A stretch of DNA of 64,000 nt from Leucoraja ocellata (lineage: Eukaryota). Below the pieces are notes generated by a model that was not told the DNA's origin, ran no database searches, and was given only the letters and a program-made list of their open reading frames with translations. Shown piece after piece: positions 40,474 through 53,699 of this stretch. The stretch spans positions 5,518,001 to 5,582,000 of the forward strand of contig JAWMAR010000024.1 in the NCBI GenBank assembly GCA_036785375.1, in the 5' to 3' direction. The position numbers and the translations under genes were made by a program. Each line of letters starts with the position of its first letter. Position 1 is the first letter of the stretch.

Positions 40474-40667
40474 TGACTGACAGGAGAGGAGACCAATCTG
40501 CATGGCGGTGACGAAAAGCAATCTGCGCATACAAAGTTTTTACTATTTTAAAACATTAATAACTTTTAAAATATATAACTTTTAAAATATATCATCGATC
40601 GGAACGAAACTTGTTGCACTCGCAGCACAGGAGAACGGTGAGTAAGCTGGCGAAAAATCATAGCGCA
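40474..40667. mobile_element. Interspersed repeat fragment abutting the SAC3D1-like piece, possibly the interior of a non-autonomous Helitron
   Basis: CpG-containing block (gatcggaacgaaacttgttgcactcgcagcacaggagaacggtgagtaag) recalled as a skate repeat; diagnostic termini not present. Confidence 0.4.
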
Positions 40668-40849
40668 GCATGTTCCAGGTACCCACCCTAAAAACAGCCC
40701 CGCACATCTCCTTTAAACATGGCCCTCTCATCTTTAACCTTTCAGTACTGAGTCCATTATACACCTAAGGTACAAAACCTGCCTTATAATATGCATAATA
40801 GTACCATCTTTGTAATTCACCTTCTAATAATGACTGGCTCATTATTAGA

Positions 40850-41199
40850 AAATACCGTTTGACCTGTTTTTACAAAATGTTAAATGGCCAGCTCGACATA
40901 GATTACAAAACCTACAACAAACCCAAACCAGGAGCAGACGAGGGCATTCGATCCAGAGGGCATTCGATCCAATTGAGGTACCAGCTACCAAGACAGATGT
41001 GTACAGCAATTCATTCGTCTCCCGCAAAATTGAAGTGTGGAATAGTCTTCACCCTACCATAGTTACCCAACCAGATGCAACTAAATTTAAGGTAGATCTT
41101 CCTTCCCAAGAACCCTTTCTGGCTTAAGTCATCCCTCCACCACCTCCAGTTTAAATTACATTTGGAATATTTTGGAGGACCAGGAAACCAAGAACCAAG
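40850..41199 (+). mobile_element. Non-LTR retrotransposon 3' end (CR1/Jockey-group-like)
   Basis: RLTCFYKMLNGQLDID...RGHSIQ...NSF...WNSL; (aaccaag)n tail; internal duplication gagggcattcgatcca. Confidence 0.75.
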
Positions 41200-43914
41200 G
41201 CTCCCTACTATCCATATCGATTCCTATTTTACAAAGCTGATCACCTAGCGATCATAATTAACGGAAGCATAATTTATTTTAAAATAAAAGTCTGAGGAGT
41301 GAGAAATCTTTTTAACCAGCAATGACTTACAATATTAAACTGTCAAATACAAACAGTAATTGAAGTGATTATCAAAGGCACGTTACGAGAAAGCAGATGT
41401 ACACAGGAGGTAAACGATGAAAAGGATGTTTCTTAGAATTACTTTACGATGGCAAATGTATTGGTTTAGGCCAGTTGGACAGAAAGTAATTTCTGGGTAT
41501 ACATTTTATGTAATGTCAATAAATTATAACAAAAGAAATGTACACATTGCACAAGACTCGATACATAGATACAGTTAGAAGACAACTTGCAAACCTTTGT
41601 GAAAAAGAAACATTTTAAGATATTAATTTTACAGATAGGATTAATGTTGCCAATAATGTAAAATTTACTCTTTCAGCTGCTCAGTTCGTTTTAATTATAA
41701 CTGAAATTTTTGTAAAAAATTACAGTGACACTTTATTTTGAGTAAACTGTCAACTGATAAAACGACAGCAAGCAGTTTGGTATCCTGGTAACAAACAAGT
41801 CTTATGCTGTTCCACTATGCTGTTTCCAAGCAGTTCCCCAAAGCAGAGCATCAAGAACATGACAAATAGAGTCATTATCTTTTCATAGATCACATTAGAA
41901 AGATTTTTAGCTGATTTAACTGTTTTTAGTTTAAGATGTGGCTATAATGATAATCTATGTCCATACCAATTTGAGGTGTAATCAAGACACTTTTTAGTTA
42001 TCTTTACACAATTTATAAATAAAATGGTTCCAATATTTTCAGTCCAAATCATGTCATAGAAAACAATCTGTATTACAAACTCAATTTAAGGGGCAGAATA
42101 GTCAACAATCATGCAGTTGGTTGCAAATCCAGTGCAAAAGGACCCAGTCGTCAAGAGGCAATGATCAATGTAATTGCCAAAAGAAAAGAAAACTAATTGT
42201 TTTTAATGCATGAGATCCCATTATGTTAGAACCAGATCACTGCAAAGCATCATGATTTTATTATGAATGCATTATGTTTCAAGTAGCATTGGTCATTTGT
42301 GTAACATTAAACCACTGGCAGGTAAAACAAAGAGCACTGCAATTTATGGCTAAACATTTGCTTGTTTGATATGATTTCTCGATAGAATACAAAACAAAGT
42401 TTTGCAAACTGTCTGTACTTGTACAAGGTTGACCTATCTGTACTTGTACAATGTGTCAAACATTCCAAGAAATTTAGGATGGATCTTCAGTAGTACTGAT
42501 TTAACTAATCCCAGCTGGGGCACCACAATTAGCCTCAGCGTCTTCAGGTTAGGCACATGCTTTATCACTATTCAATGGCTCAATGCTGCAGGTTCGTAAG
42601 GGTGAAACTTGGTTGAGGTCAGGGCTCAACTGTAGAGGCCTCTATGGTCAAAATTCATGTAAAATTTATGTGCAGGGGCCACACATATAAAAAGAAAACT
42701 TGGAAAAGAAGTGCAGAGAGACAGAAATTTGTAGAGTAATGCTCCACCAAGGAATTAGCAGTTTCTGGAGAATTATAGAAAAAATAGCAAGAAGAAAGCT
42801 CTCAAGTAGTTTTAGTGACAATTGGAATTAATTTTAATACAAGATTTCTTCCTGAAAATACTTGTTTCAATGAGAACGTACTTATGACATTTAAGACCAA
42901 ATGGCTTGGAGGAGTCACTGTTTTCAACAATACAAGAAAGCTCAAACAAGAGAGTTAAAATGACAGGGTTACTGAAGCATCGTGAATTAATTACTGCATT
43001 TCTACAGATTTAATTCAGCTATCTCGCTGTTTGGCATGGTAGCTCCTCCCATCTAATTCTCCCAATTATGTTCTTAACATTCTTTAAATAAAACTTACAA
43101 AAACAGAACAAAAAAAGTCAAATTTAATGAAGTTAATCAGAGTTCACATATGGTTTGACCTTTAAATGGTGACAAGATTACGCTTTTATGATCCAACCAT
43201 TAACATGAATGTATAAGCCACCATTACACAATTGTAAATCTTTCTCCATCTACTGTCCAACTTTTAATTACTGATTAGATGAATAATTTCAATGCAAACT
43301 GAAACATATGTACTTTCTTTCTTCACAGATGCTGCCTGCCTTGGTGAGCCTTTTCCAGTTTTTTTCTCCGTTTAAACTCAGACGTGTATCAAGCAGGACT
43401 TTGTTTATGATAGAAAAATATCCTTATCTGCTTTATTACAGATAACTGCAGCAAAATTCTATGTTTGCCAATTATTTTAAATGACAGTCAATGTCAGAAA
43501 GTTTGGTAAATATCCTTGCGTGTCATAATGCAATCTGAGGAGGTTTGGGTGGCTGAATACAGAAAGTTCTTGATATTATTAATGGTGTAGGGAGACTGGA
43601 AATCTTGTTGGCAAGAATATATTGGAAATTGATAAAAGAGATGAGAAAGGATGAAGCAGATTGCAATCAGTCATACCAGTTCCTTAAAGCTGTGCTATAC
43701 CTTATCAATGCGATTTCATCCAGTTGCCAGATGTTTTGAACCATGCTCAGAGAAATTAGCAATGAACTTGATGAACATTTGAGAATCAACCCATCAAGGT
43801 GGTTGGCCACTACCACCAATCCCATGAGGATCTCCTTTATATACATTGCTAAGAAATATTGGGGCTATGCATGTAAGGCATTTGGGGTCAAGATTTTTTT
43901 ATTTTGAAATGTCA

Positions 43915-44113
43915 GCATCCATTCCCTGTCTTATCTGCAGGTAAGGAGCCTGAAATCTGCAACATCCAGGTTCAGGAATAGCTGCTGTTCCCCCACAGCC
44001 ATCAGGCTATTAAACTCAACTAAAACAAAACTCTGATCATTAATTGCCCATTGCACTTTATCTGTTTATTGTCCTATCAGGGCACATGACAATAAACTCT
44101 CTTGAATCTTGAA
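43915..44113 (+). mobile_element. Rex1/Babar-type LINE 3' end, short
   Basis: aggagcctgaaatctgcaacatccaggttcaggaatagc...gccatcaggctattaaac; tail cttgaatcttgaa. Confidence 0.7.
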
Positions 44114-45694
44114 ATTTACTACTCGAGAAAGTAGTTGAGAGAAACAGCCTGGTATGTAAATTAAGAAGATACAAATAGACGTTGGGAGAGGAAAGGCGTA
44201 TGAGTGGGCATGACTACAAGCTTGAACTTGTTGAGCAGAATTGGATATTTCTGTACATACTACACAAACATATTTAAATTAATATTGATAAATAATATTA
44301 GCAGGTTATGAACGGGTTAGGTGAAGGAATTCCAAAATTATCAGTACTGATCTAGGAAATACCAGCAATGTATAAAACATAAAAGTTATTTATTCACAGA
44401 TTTCTTTGATATTTAGTGCTAATAATGGATACTATGTGATACTTACACCATTTTGGGATTCAAGAAATTCTGAGCCCTTTCATTTTTTTAATATCCAGCC
44501 TAAAACTAGAAGTGTTAGAAATTTAATCTCATTGGCAAATGCTTTTGGAGTTTGGATGAAATTGCCAATATGACTATTACCAACTTCATGCTACAAAACA
44601 ATCTTTTGGATGGCTATCCAATGTAAATGGAACAATTTTAAAAGCCTGTCAGTAGTACAAAGTCAAATTACACTGTCTGTATGTGAGAGAGGGAAATATG
44701 TTTCAAATTTCATAAAAATACATATTTCATAAAAATATATATTTCAGTTCAAAATGACTAGCAGAATTAATAATATTTAATATTTTCCATTACATATCCG
44801 CCTTACCTTTCAACAAAGATATTCAGCAATACCACCATAATAAATAATTAACAGTTGTTTAACAAAATCTTCATATTGCTGTTACAAATAATTAACTAAC
44901 GTTTAATAAAAGCTGCTGTAACACTGCAATAATCAGTTAACAATATTCCTTAAATACAAACAACTGCAACATTTGCTAATTGTTCATAGGTCAACAGTTT
45001 TGCTGAAAATTGATCATGGAAGCTCCTTTATAAATATTTAATAACCAACAATTAAGCTGTTAATCACTTGTAGCTACAGTGCAATTAAATGTATAATGCT
45101 AGCTCAGAATTTCGCACTTAAAATTGAAGTGTTTCTAGTTGGAGCTACTCTGAGGTTAGAAATATTGGAGGTTATTGACCAGTTTCTAGATTGCAATGGC
45201 AAAGATCTGATGCCATAAAATCACTATGCCCTTACATTGCCAGAAAGCTTTGGCAGATATATTTTATAAAAAATGTTGGGTATAATTGATGTTTTGTAAG
45301 CCTGGCCATCTCCAAAGCATTACACCTGGCTGGAATTGGAAATATAATTCAATTGGATCAAGTTGGATTGGAAATATAATTCACAACTAAAGTTTTAGAT
45401 TTTTTACCCTATTTCAATGCCATAGAATGCAATGCAATAGAAACACACTTGTAGATTGCATGTTAAGAATTATTTGGCCATAACTCCCAAAGAAAACCAT
45501 TGTCACATTAACTTGAAATGGAGGTATAAACACTCCGAAATCACAAGTGTAAAAGTTCAGAGAAAATTTCTAAAACCATTCTTCAGAACGTGGCCACTTT
45601 AGAAAATATTAACAGGATTAGACAAAATCAACATGGATTAATGAAAGATAAATTAGATTTGAAAATCTACTAGATATTTTGTGGATGCATCAGG

Positions 45695-47610
45695 AGTCAA
45701 GCTTGACAATATCTTTCCAAAACGGTGCCCAGAACTGAACACAATTATTCAATTATTCAACTGCTGCAATCTTTCACAACCATCTTCACTATCTGCAAAA
45801 CCACTAACTTTTGTATCATCAGCAAACTTGCTAATCTTGCCCTGTATGTTCTCATCCTAATCATTGATGTAGATGGCAAACAGTAACGGGCTCAGCACCG
45901 AACCCCGAGGCACACCACAAGTCACAGGCCTCCAGTCCGAGAAGCAACCTTCTACCATCACCCTCTGCTTCCTTCCATTGAGCCAATTTGCTATCCATTC
46001 AGCTATCTCTCCTTGGATCCCATGCAATTTAACCTTCCAGAGCTGCCTCATGCAGAACCTTGTCAAACGCCTCACTGAAGTCCATGTACACAACATCTAC
46101 AGCTCTGCCCTTATAAAACATTTTGGTCACATCTTCAAAAAAATCAATTAGATTTGTGAGACATGACCTCCCATGTACAAAACCATGCTGACTATCCCTA
46201 ATCAACCCTTGCCCATCTAAATGGCTGTACAACCTATCGCTCAGAATACTCTCCAGTACCTTCCAACTACATATTTTTAAGCTCACCGGCCTATGGTTCC
46301 CAGTAGTTTCCCTGCAGCCCTTCTTGAAAAGAGGCACAACACCAGTCTTTCGGCACCTTTCCTGTATTTAAGGATGACTCGTAAATTTCAACCAGGGCTC
46401 CCGCAATTTCTTCTCTAGTTTCCCCGCTATGTCCTCGGATATATCTGATTAGGCCCTGGAGATTTATCTACCCTCACACAACAGTACCTTCAGTACTTCT
46501 TCAACAGTAACCCTGACTGCTCTCAAGACACTTCCAGTGACTGCTCCAATTTCCTCCCTGTCTTTCTCCTCAGTAAATACAGAGGAGAAATACTCATTTA
46601 GGACCTTACCCATCTCCTGTGGCTCCACACAGAGGAGATAGCTTTGATTCCTGAGAGGTTCCACTATGTCTCTGGTAACCCTTTTCCCCTTTATGTGTTT
46701 ATAAAATATTTTGGGATTGTCCTTAATGCTCCCCACCAGAGCTATCTCCTGGCCCCTTTTTGCCCTTCTGAGTTCCTTTTATAGTTTACTGTCACTTAGT
46801 TCCCAAAACTCCTCCAGTGATGCATTTGAACCCAGCTGTCTATACCTGTCCCATGCATTCTTCTTGTTTTTGACTAACTTCTCAATTTCCCTCGTCAGCC
46901 AAGTTTCCTTACTTTTTGCCTGCTTTTCCCTTCACTCTAACATGGACGTACACATCCTGAACTTTCTTCAGTACTCTTTTATAAACAGCCCACGACCGAT
47001 ATTCCTTTCCACTCAAATAACCTGCTCCAGTCAACTTGAGCCAGATCTTCTCTCATACCTTCAAAGTTGGTCTTACCCCAGTTGAGCATTTTAACATGTG
47101 GACCCGCTCCATCCCCATCCATAACTTTCTTAAACCTAATCGAACTGTGGTCACTGGTCGCAAAATGCTCCTCCACACACACTTCATTAATTTGCCTTTC
47201 CCAATTTCCCAATACTAGACCCAGCATTGCTCTCTCACGTGTGGGGGCCTCCACATACTGCTTAAGAAAACTCTCCTGAACACTTTTGAGGAATTGTACC
47301 CCATCTAAACCTTTCATGCTATGATTTCCCCAGTCTATATTCCCCCTACTACAACTATCTTATTTGACCTGCAATCTCCTGGCACATTTGTTCTTCTAAT
47401 TCCCGTTGACTATTCAGGAATAGTACACCCCCAACAAGGTGATCATCCCTTTCTTGTTCCTTAGCTCCACCCATATAGCCTCACTAGATGAAGTGTCCAT
47501 AATGTCACCTCTGAACACAGCCATGACATCCTCCTTAACCAACAATGCAACCCCACTCCCCCTCCTCTTTTTCCCCCACCCGTCCCTCCTGAAACTCTTG
47601 TATCCTGTTT
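45695..47610 (-). mobile_element. CR1-like LINE ORF2 fragment (endonuclease + RT), decayed
   Basis: SDHSSIRF, KDNPKIFYKHI, SQHGFVHGRSCLTNLIDFFEDV, VVYMDFSEAFDKV, GVPRGSVLSPLLFAIYIND. Confidence 0.95.
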
Positions 47611-47659
47611 AAATAGTGAAAGAATGGGAACCTCAAATGAGAAATACTTAATATGTCCT

Positions 47660-48170
47660 TGTATATCAGTCACTGAATGCAAACATGCAGATGAAGCAGA
47701 TAGTTAAGATAGCAAATGGAACTTAGGCCTTTAGAGAAAGCAGCTTTGATTACAGGATCAAGGATAATTTACTGCAAATATACGTCAAAGGTGAGAACAC
47801 ACATGGACTATTTGGCACATTTCTGGTCTCCATACAGGTAGTTCACTAGATTGATTCCTGCAATGTCATGACTCTCTTAAGAGGTGGGGCTGTCTTGTGA
47901 GGTGGGATTAGCCGACTAGTTATGTATTCACTGGAAATTAGGAAAATGAGAGGGGATCTCATGGAAAAGTTCAAATTCCTGACACGACGACAGTCTTGAT
48001 TCAAGGAGGATGAGGGCTGATTATATTTACGATGATGATAAATAGTTTTCTGGGCACAAAAGGTGTCAAGCAATATGGGGAAAGAGCGGGAATGTGGCAC
48101 CGAGAAAGAGGATGAAGCATGATCGTGCTGAATGGTAGAGCATGTTCAAAGGGCTTACTCCTGCGTGTAG
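47660..48170 (+). mobile_element. Old CR1-like LINE 3' part
   Basis: Degenerate match to CR1 C-terminal coding region and 3' UTR. Confidence 0.65.
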
Positions 48171-49429
48171 GTTTCAGCTTACTTTATCTTGGGTATTTTG
48201 AAAGGGTCAAAAGTGTTGACCATCACCATCTTATCATGGTTTTTCATATAATTATTTAAACTATGGGTGATCAGAAGTAAATTAACTTATGTTTGAGTTT
48301 CATTCCTAGACAGGAACAACTTTCCATTGTTTAACCATTGAAACGTTAAATGAGAGTTGTTTTTTAAATGTGCTGTAGAAATAAAAGTGACTTGACTTGA
48401 CCATTTTTAAACTTCCCCCCAGAAACAAATATTTATTTGTGTTACTTGCAATTTTAATATATATTCTGCTTATGATGCAGCTTTCTTTACACCAGAGAGC
48501 CTAAACACACATTGAAGGACACCTTAATTTTAATGTTTCAGCTGTGATATGAGATATCCCACTCCCAGCATGATCTTTCAGACATTGAAAGAACTTGTAC
48601 CTTTCGTATTGTTCGTGCGGCTCAATCTATTGCTATTGTCCAACAGACATTGGCCTCCCAAATAATTTTAATACAGCTCAAGGAATCTCACTAAACAGCA
48701 CTTTATCTTTTGTTAAAGGAGTGCACAGCCTTCTAAAAATGAGAGGAACATTTTAAGATGACTGTCATATTTAGATTTCTCTTTATTGGGCTCAAATTAT
48801 ATGTAAACCTCCCATTCTCACATTGTCCTTTGCCTTGCCAGATTATCCTCTTATACATTCCACTTTCTCAGAGATCATCCCTTTTGGTTTTACCTCACTT
48901 TCTACGGCTACATTTCCATTTTTAAAGTTTTATACATTTCTATAATTCCCCTATTCTTTGGGGGATTATAAAACAAACACCCATTCACCTGTAATAAGAT
49001 ATAAAGCAATTTAGTATTTACTTGAAGTCAAGTGTCCCCTGCCTCTAATTTGAAGTTGACGGATTTGAGACGGACTTTAGGGACAGAAAGTTTCATTGTC
49101 CTGTCCAATTTCACCTTCAACTCGCACAACAAAAAACTATTAATTGGACATTCCTGTTTTTGGAACCAGCACAGAAGCAAGTTGATTGCTCTCTTCCTAT
49201 ACATAAAGAATCACAGCAATAGTTATGTGGCTGTAAAATGATTTGGGTCACATGGATATTGCAAAAGGTACAAGTTCTTTGTTTTTTTAATATATTCCTC
49301 ATTGTTGTGGTGCAAAGATCAATGGTCACATTGGAAGAGTTATAAATCTGCCCTCGAAGTTCTGTGGCAAATTCAATTACGTCCTTTTTTAAGAAATTGA
49401 ATCTGAAGCCCTGAGCCTTGCACCTGGTT

Positions 49430-49696
49430 NNNNNNNNNNNNNNNNNNNNNNNNNNNNNNNNNNNNNNNNNNNNNNNNNNNNNNNNNNNNNNNNNNNNNNN
49501 NNNNNNNNNNNNNNNNNNNNNNNNNNNNNNNNNNNNNNNNNNNNNNNNNNNNNNNNNNNNNNNNNNNNNNNNNNNNNNNNNNNNNNNNNNNNNNNNNNNN
49601 NNNNNNNNNNNNNNNNNNNNNNNNNNNNNNNNNNNNNNNNNNNNNNNNNNNNNNNNNNNNNNNNNNNNNNNNNNNNNNNNNNNNNNNNNNNNNNNN
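49430..49696. other. Assembly gap (267 N)
   Basis: N run. Confidence 1.
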
Positions 49697-49999
49697 CCAC
49701 AACTAAATGCAAACACATAAAAATAGCATTAGGCATGCAGCCTCTTACCCGGCCCTACTAGTCACTGATGAACTACTACATCAACTTCAATTTACTGCCC
49801 TAATCCCATCCGTACCGCTAATATTAAGGCTTATGTATACTGATAAACTGAGTAAGTTCTACTTGAAGAACCAGAGCCACATGAGACAAAAACACATTCA
49901 GAAAATTAGAGGGAATGGTGCATAGGGTGAAGATGAAAAGTGGGCCAAAGGGCATGTTTCCATGCTGTATCTTTATATTTCACATGCAACTACACAAGA

Positions 50000-50138
50000 T
50001 GAGTGCTGGAGATACTCAGTGAGTCAGGCAACATCTGTGGTGGGAATACCTAGATGATGTTTCAGGTGAAGAAGGGTCCCGACCTGCCCATTTCCTAATG
50101 ATCCCACAGATACTGTCTCCAGTTCTTTGTGTTTTGCT
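50000..50138. mobile_element. Degenerate Penelope-terminus-derived element, inverted arrangement
   Basis: tgctggagatactcagtgagtcaggc (minus) then tgaagaagggtcccgacc...ctccagttctttgtgt (plus). Confidence 0.6.
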
Positions 50139-50149
50139 CTTTCTTCTTT

Positions 50150-51420
50150 GTACTACTTTGGTAAATTCCATCTACACCCTTTAGAAAAAAAATAATAGTC
50201 TTCCTATTGTTTGATGCTTATAATTGAATGCACCTCTAGCTGAGGTTTTTCTAATCACCGTTTTATAAAGCCTTGTCTCTCTACATTATGAAATGCTTTG
50301 GACTTCACATGCTTTTTTTTTTAAAGCCTTTACAGGAAATTCTACACACATGTTCCCTGCTCTCTCTGTTTCTGCATTCAATTTAAAATACTATCATTTT
50401 CATAAAATTGTGTTTTCATATTCATTCTAACAATAAATCTCTCTTTAAAGTGTTGGTGAATTTCATTTGACATATGTTTATCCATTTCACCAGTCTATAT
50501 CCATGTCTTTCTAATGCCAATTATCATTGTCCTCATTGTTTATTACATGCCCAAATGTAGTCTCAATTATTTCCAGATCATTAAAATGAATCAAAAACAA
50601 CAGTGTCCCCGTTACTGACCCAGAGGGAACATCAAAGCACACCTTTTTTGTGTCTGAAAAACAATAGTTCACAACTCCTCTCTGATTTCTATACCCTAGA
50701 CAATTTTGTATCCATGCTGCCACATGCCTTTAATTACTTGGGTATTAATTTTAGTAGGTTTATTTTACCATAATTTACCATTGTAAATCCAAATATCAGC
50801 CCTTTACAGTATTTCATCAAAGATCTTAATCCAAAATCACATCCCAATTCTGGTCTTTAAAATTTACAATACTACCAACATTAGGCTGCAGTTGACAGGT
50901 TTAATCCTCTCTTTTTTCACATATGGGGAGAAAAGGATCACCAAACATAAAAAAGAGATATAGAAAATTTAAACCAAAACTTCTACTATTGTCCTCCAAA
51001 GTTACATAGGACATATACCAAAAAGACCAAGTGATTATTGTTCTCCCTTTGACATCATTTAAGCACCTCCTTGTTATCCTACCCAATACTGTAACCACCT
51101 CCTCCATTAGCAATATTCTCTTCTCTACTTAAGACAGATGCAACATGCTTGGTTGGCACATTAGCAACACTTTCTGCCTCCATTACAATATCTTATATGT
51201 TGTCCCTAATTGTTTCCTCTGTTCCATTGACTAACTTTTATGCTCTGCGTGTTGTTAAAAGATTCTGATTTCATGCCAATCTCCCTTATGCCAATTCTGC
51301 CCTGTTTGATTCATTTTTAAATCTTCTCAGTACATTTTATTTTTGTGGTCCCATCAATTTTAATATTATGAAATACATACATGCAGTGTGCATTACAAAC
51401 ATTTACCTCAAAAACCACAG
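50150..51420 (-). mobile_element. Old CR1-like LINE fragment
   Basis: ORF 50511..50723 WIQNCLGYRNQRGVVN...VPSGSVTGTLLFLIHFND. Confidence 0.7.
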
Positions 51421-52892
51421 TGAACACACTTCACCTCCAAAAAAAAAATTACTTGAATATATTTTAACCATCAATAAAGCAATTTGACAATTTTTTGGTG
51501 AATGTTAACTGTTAATAGTTAGAGGATAAATGTGTCCTTAACATTTTGGAAAAAAAAAGTGTGAATAATTTTTCAAAATGAAACATCTCCATTTTATATA
51601 ATTATCACCTTCTTTATTAGATTACCACCCCACATTCCCACGGAGAATTTTAAGTGTTAATATATGGGATAAAATGTGTTAATGGAGAGAGGCAGAATTC
51701 ATTTCCAACATATGTAAGTTTTGCAATGAACAGATGATTTCCTATATGTTAAATCACACAGAATCTTTCTAATTATTATTTTCTCAGTAAAAGCACAATA
51801 TGAAGTTTGAAATACTGCAGAATTTCTGCCATTTTAGCTCAAGAATGAATTGTGAAAGGAACTCATAATGATTCTGTTTATTCCTCACTTAAATAAGGAT
51901 TGTTGTTAAGAATGGCATGAGTCATTTAATATGAATAGTTTCCAAGCACTTACAGGACAAACTCACAATACCAATCCTCAGAAAAGGACTCGAGTTTATA
52001 AAGATTTATACTGGGAATGTAATCTCTGTGATTGTAATTGATTTTCAATATTTGTTTCAAATACTTTTCAAATATTTGTTTTATTTGCTTTCTCTTTACC
52101 TCAGAATAAAACAATCCAGCTACTCTATCAAAATGATTTCGTATCCTGGCCGTTTGTATCAACAAGATTGTTAGATTGCTGCCAATTCTTGTGCAGTGGA
52201 TTGGTGCCTACGTAAGCTGAATTGAGAGAAAGCCTAATGTTCTTTTATTCATGACATCCATGATGGAGAACATCATCTGTTCATTTCTATTTGAGCTGAA
52301 TGATGGAATACAGGTCACAGAGTTAAAAGGATGATGCTTCAATGTGTTGTACCAGTTCCTAAACCATTCTTCTAACAAGCCACAGTTGGCACCAAAACAG
52401 ATGAACATCAGCGTACATTATTCATACTGCAGTGAAAAGTAAATCTTAGTTTCTACAAACTGGGTACATTGACCAATGAAGGTTTAACAAGTAAAATTCC
52501 CCATTAAACAAAACTATAATCCAGAAAATCTATTTTCAAGAGTAATTTAAAGAAACTTCAGAAAATTAGAGAGTAAGTCTGTTTTTGAAAAACTTGATGT
52601 CTTTCTTTCAAATAAAGATATAATAGAAACTTTCCTCTGGGAAGGAAAATTGCAAGACAACTAAATGGAATAATTGATCCTGAAGCAATTAATCGCCACC
52701 AACAATTCTTAACAAGCTCCAGATGGAGTCACACTTTCATCATTATCCTTTCCCCACTTGCCCTGAACCAGACAGCTTATGATTTCTGTTTTCTAAGCAG
52801 GGTGCAGACTGCATAGCCTCTTCATTAAAAAGCATTTTCACTGACAGTAATTTTTTTGCTCTCTACCCTCTCTCATCCATTCTAATTTATCT

Positions 52893-52992
52893 GAATTAGT
52901 CTGAAGAAGGGTCTCGACCCAAAACATCGGCCATTCCTTTTCTCCAGAGATGCTGCCTCACCCGCTGAGTTACTCCAACATTTTGTGCCCAC
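52893..52992 (+). mobile_element. Short Penelope-terminus-derived element
   Basis: agtctgaagaagggtctcgaccc...; 11-bp TSD ctaatttatct at 52882-52892 and 52993-53003. Confidence 0.9.
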
Positions 52993-53699
52993 CTAATTTA
53001 TCTCAGTATTTTTCTGAAAACATCATGGATGTAGTTTCCCCTCACCAGACTTTACTATTTCTCCACATGTATGCTGGTATCCTTCTCCACCAATCTCCTC
53101 CTACCACCTAATGGCTCCCAAATCTTCAGAAACCCCAATCACCTTTGACCACCGTTAATATCAGTCCATCCAGAGCCCGACTTTTACGCTCTGGAATATC
53201 CTCTCAAAAAAACTCAATTTTCTTAGAATTTCTTGGACCACTTAGGCTTTTGGGTGCTGCTCCCCAAATCTCTTCCATTGACAGCCTTTATGTTTTGATT
53301 ATGCCTCCGTGAAGTGTTTTGGGACATTTTTCACTACGTAAACATAAGCTGCTTCTGAATCCCTAACCAATATCCAGCTCCTAATTAATAATTAACCTCC
53401 CTATAACAAATTGCTTGTTAAATGTTAACAAAAAAACAAAAAACAGACTCAAAGCAGGATTTTGTTGTTTCATAGCCGTCCACTAATTAATTAGGAAGGA
53501 CGAATAGAGATTCACCATTGAATGAGGTCACCAGTCTGCCTGCAAATACATTCAACAATGCAAATATGTGAGTATTATTTAAAAAAAAAAAATCCTACAA
53601 TGTATTTTTATTTTTAATTCCTGGGCGTTTTTTTTTACATAGTCAACTTAACTGATGAATAATATAAACATAACAAGGAGCAGAAATGTTAACAATTGT

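Noticed and set aside
40156-40530. 124-aa ORF as a functional gene
   Set aside because: Only part is in the SAC3D1-like frame; homology switches frame twice and the start lies in repeat sequence.
44700-45385. Short direct repeats (atttcataaaaata twice; ttggaaatataattca twice)
   Set aside because: Simple local duplications with two copies each; not CRISPR-like or otherwise structured.
49117-49736. Long ORFs with X runs
   Set aside because: Artefacts of the N gap.
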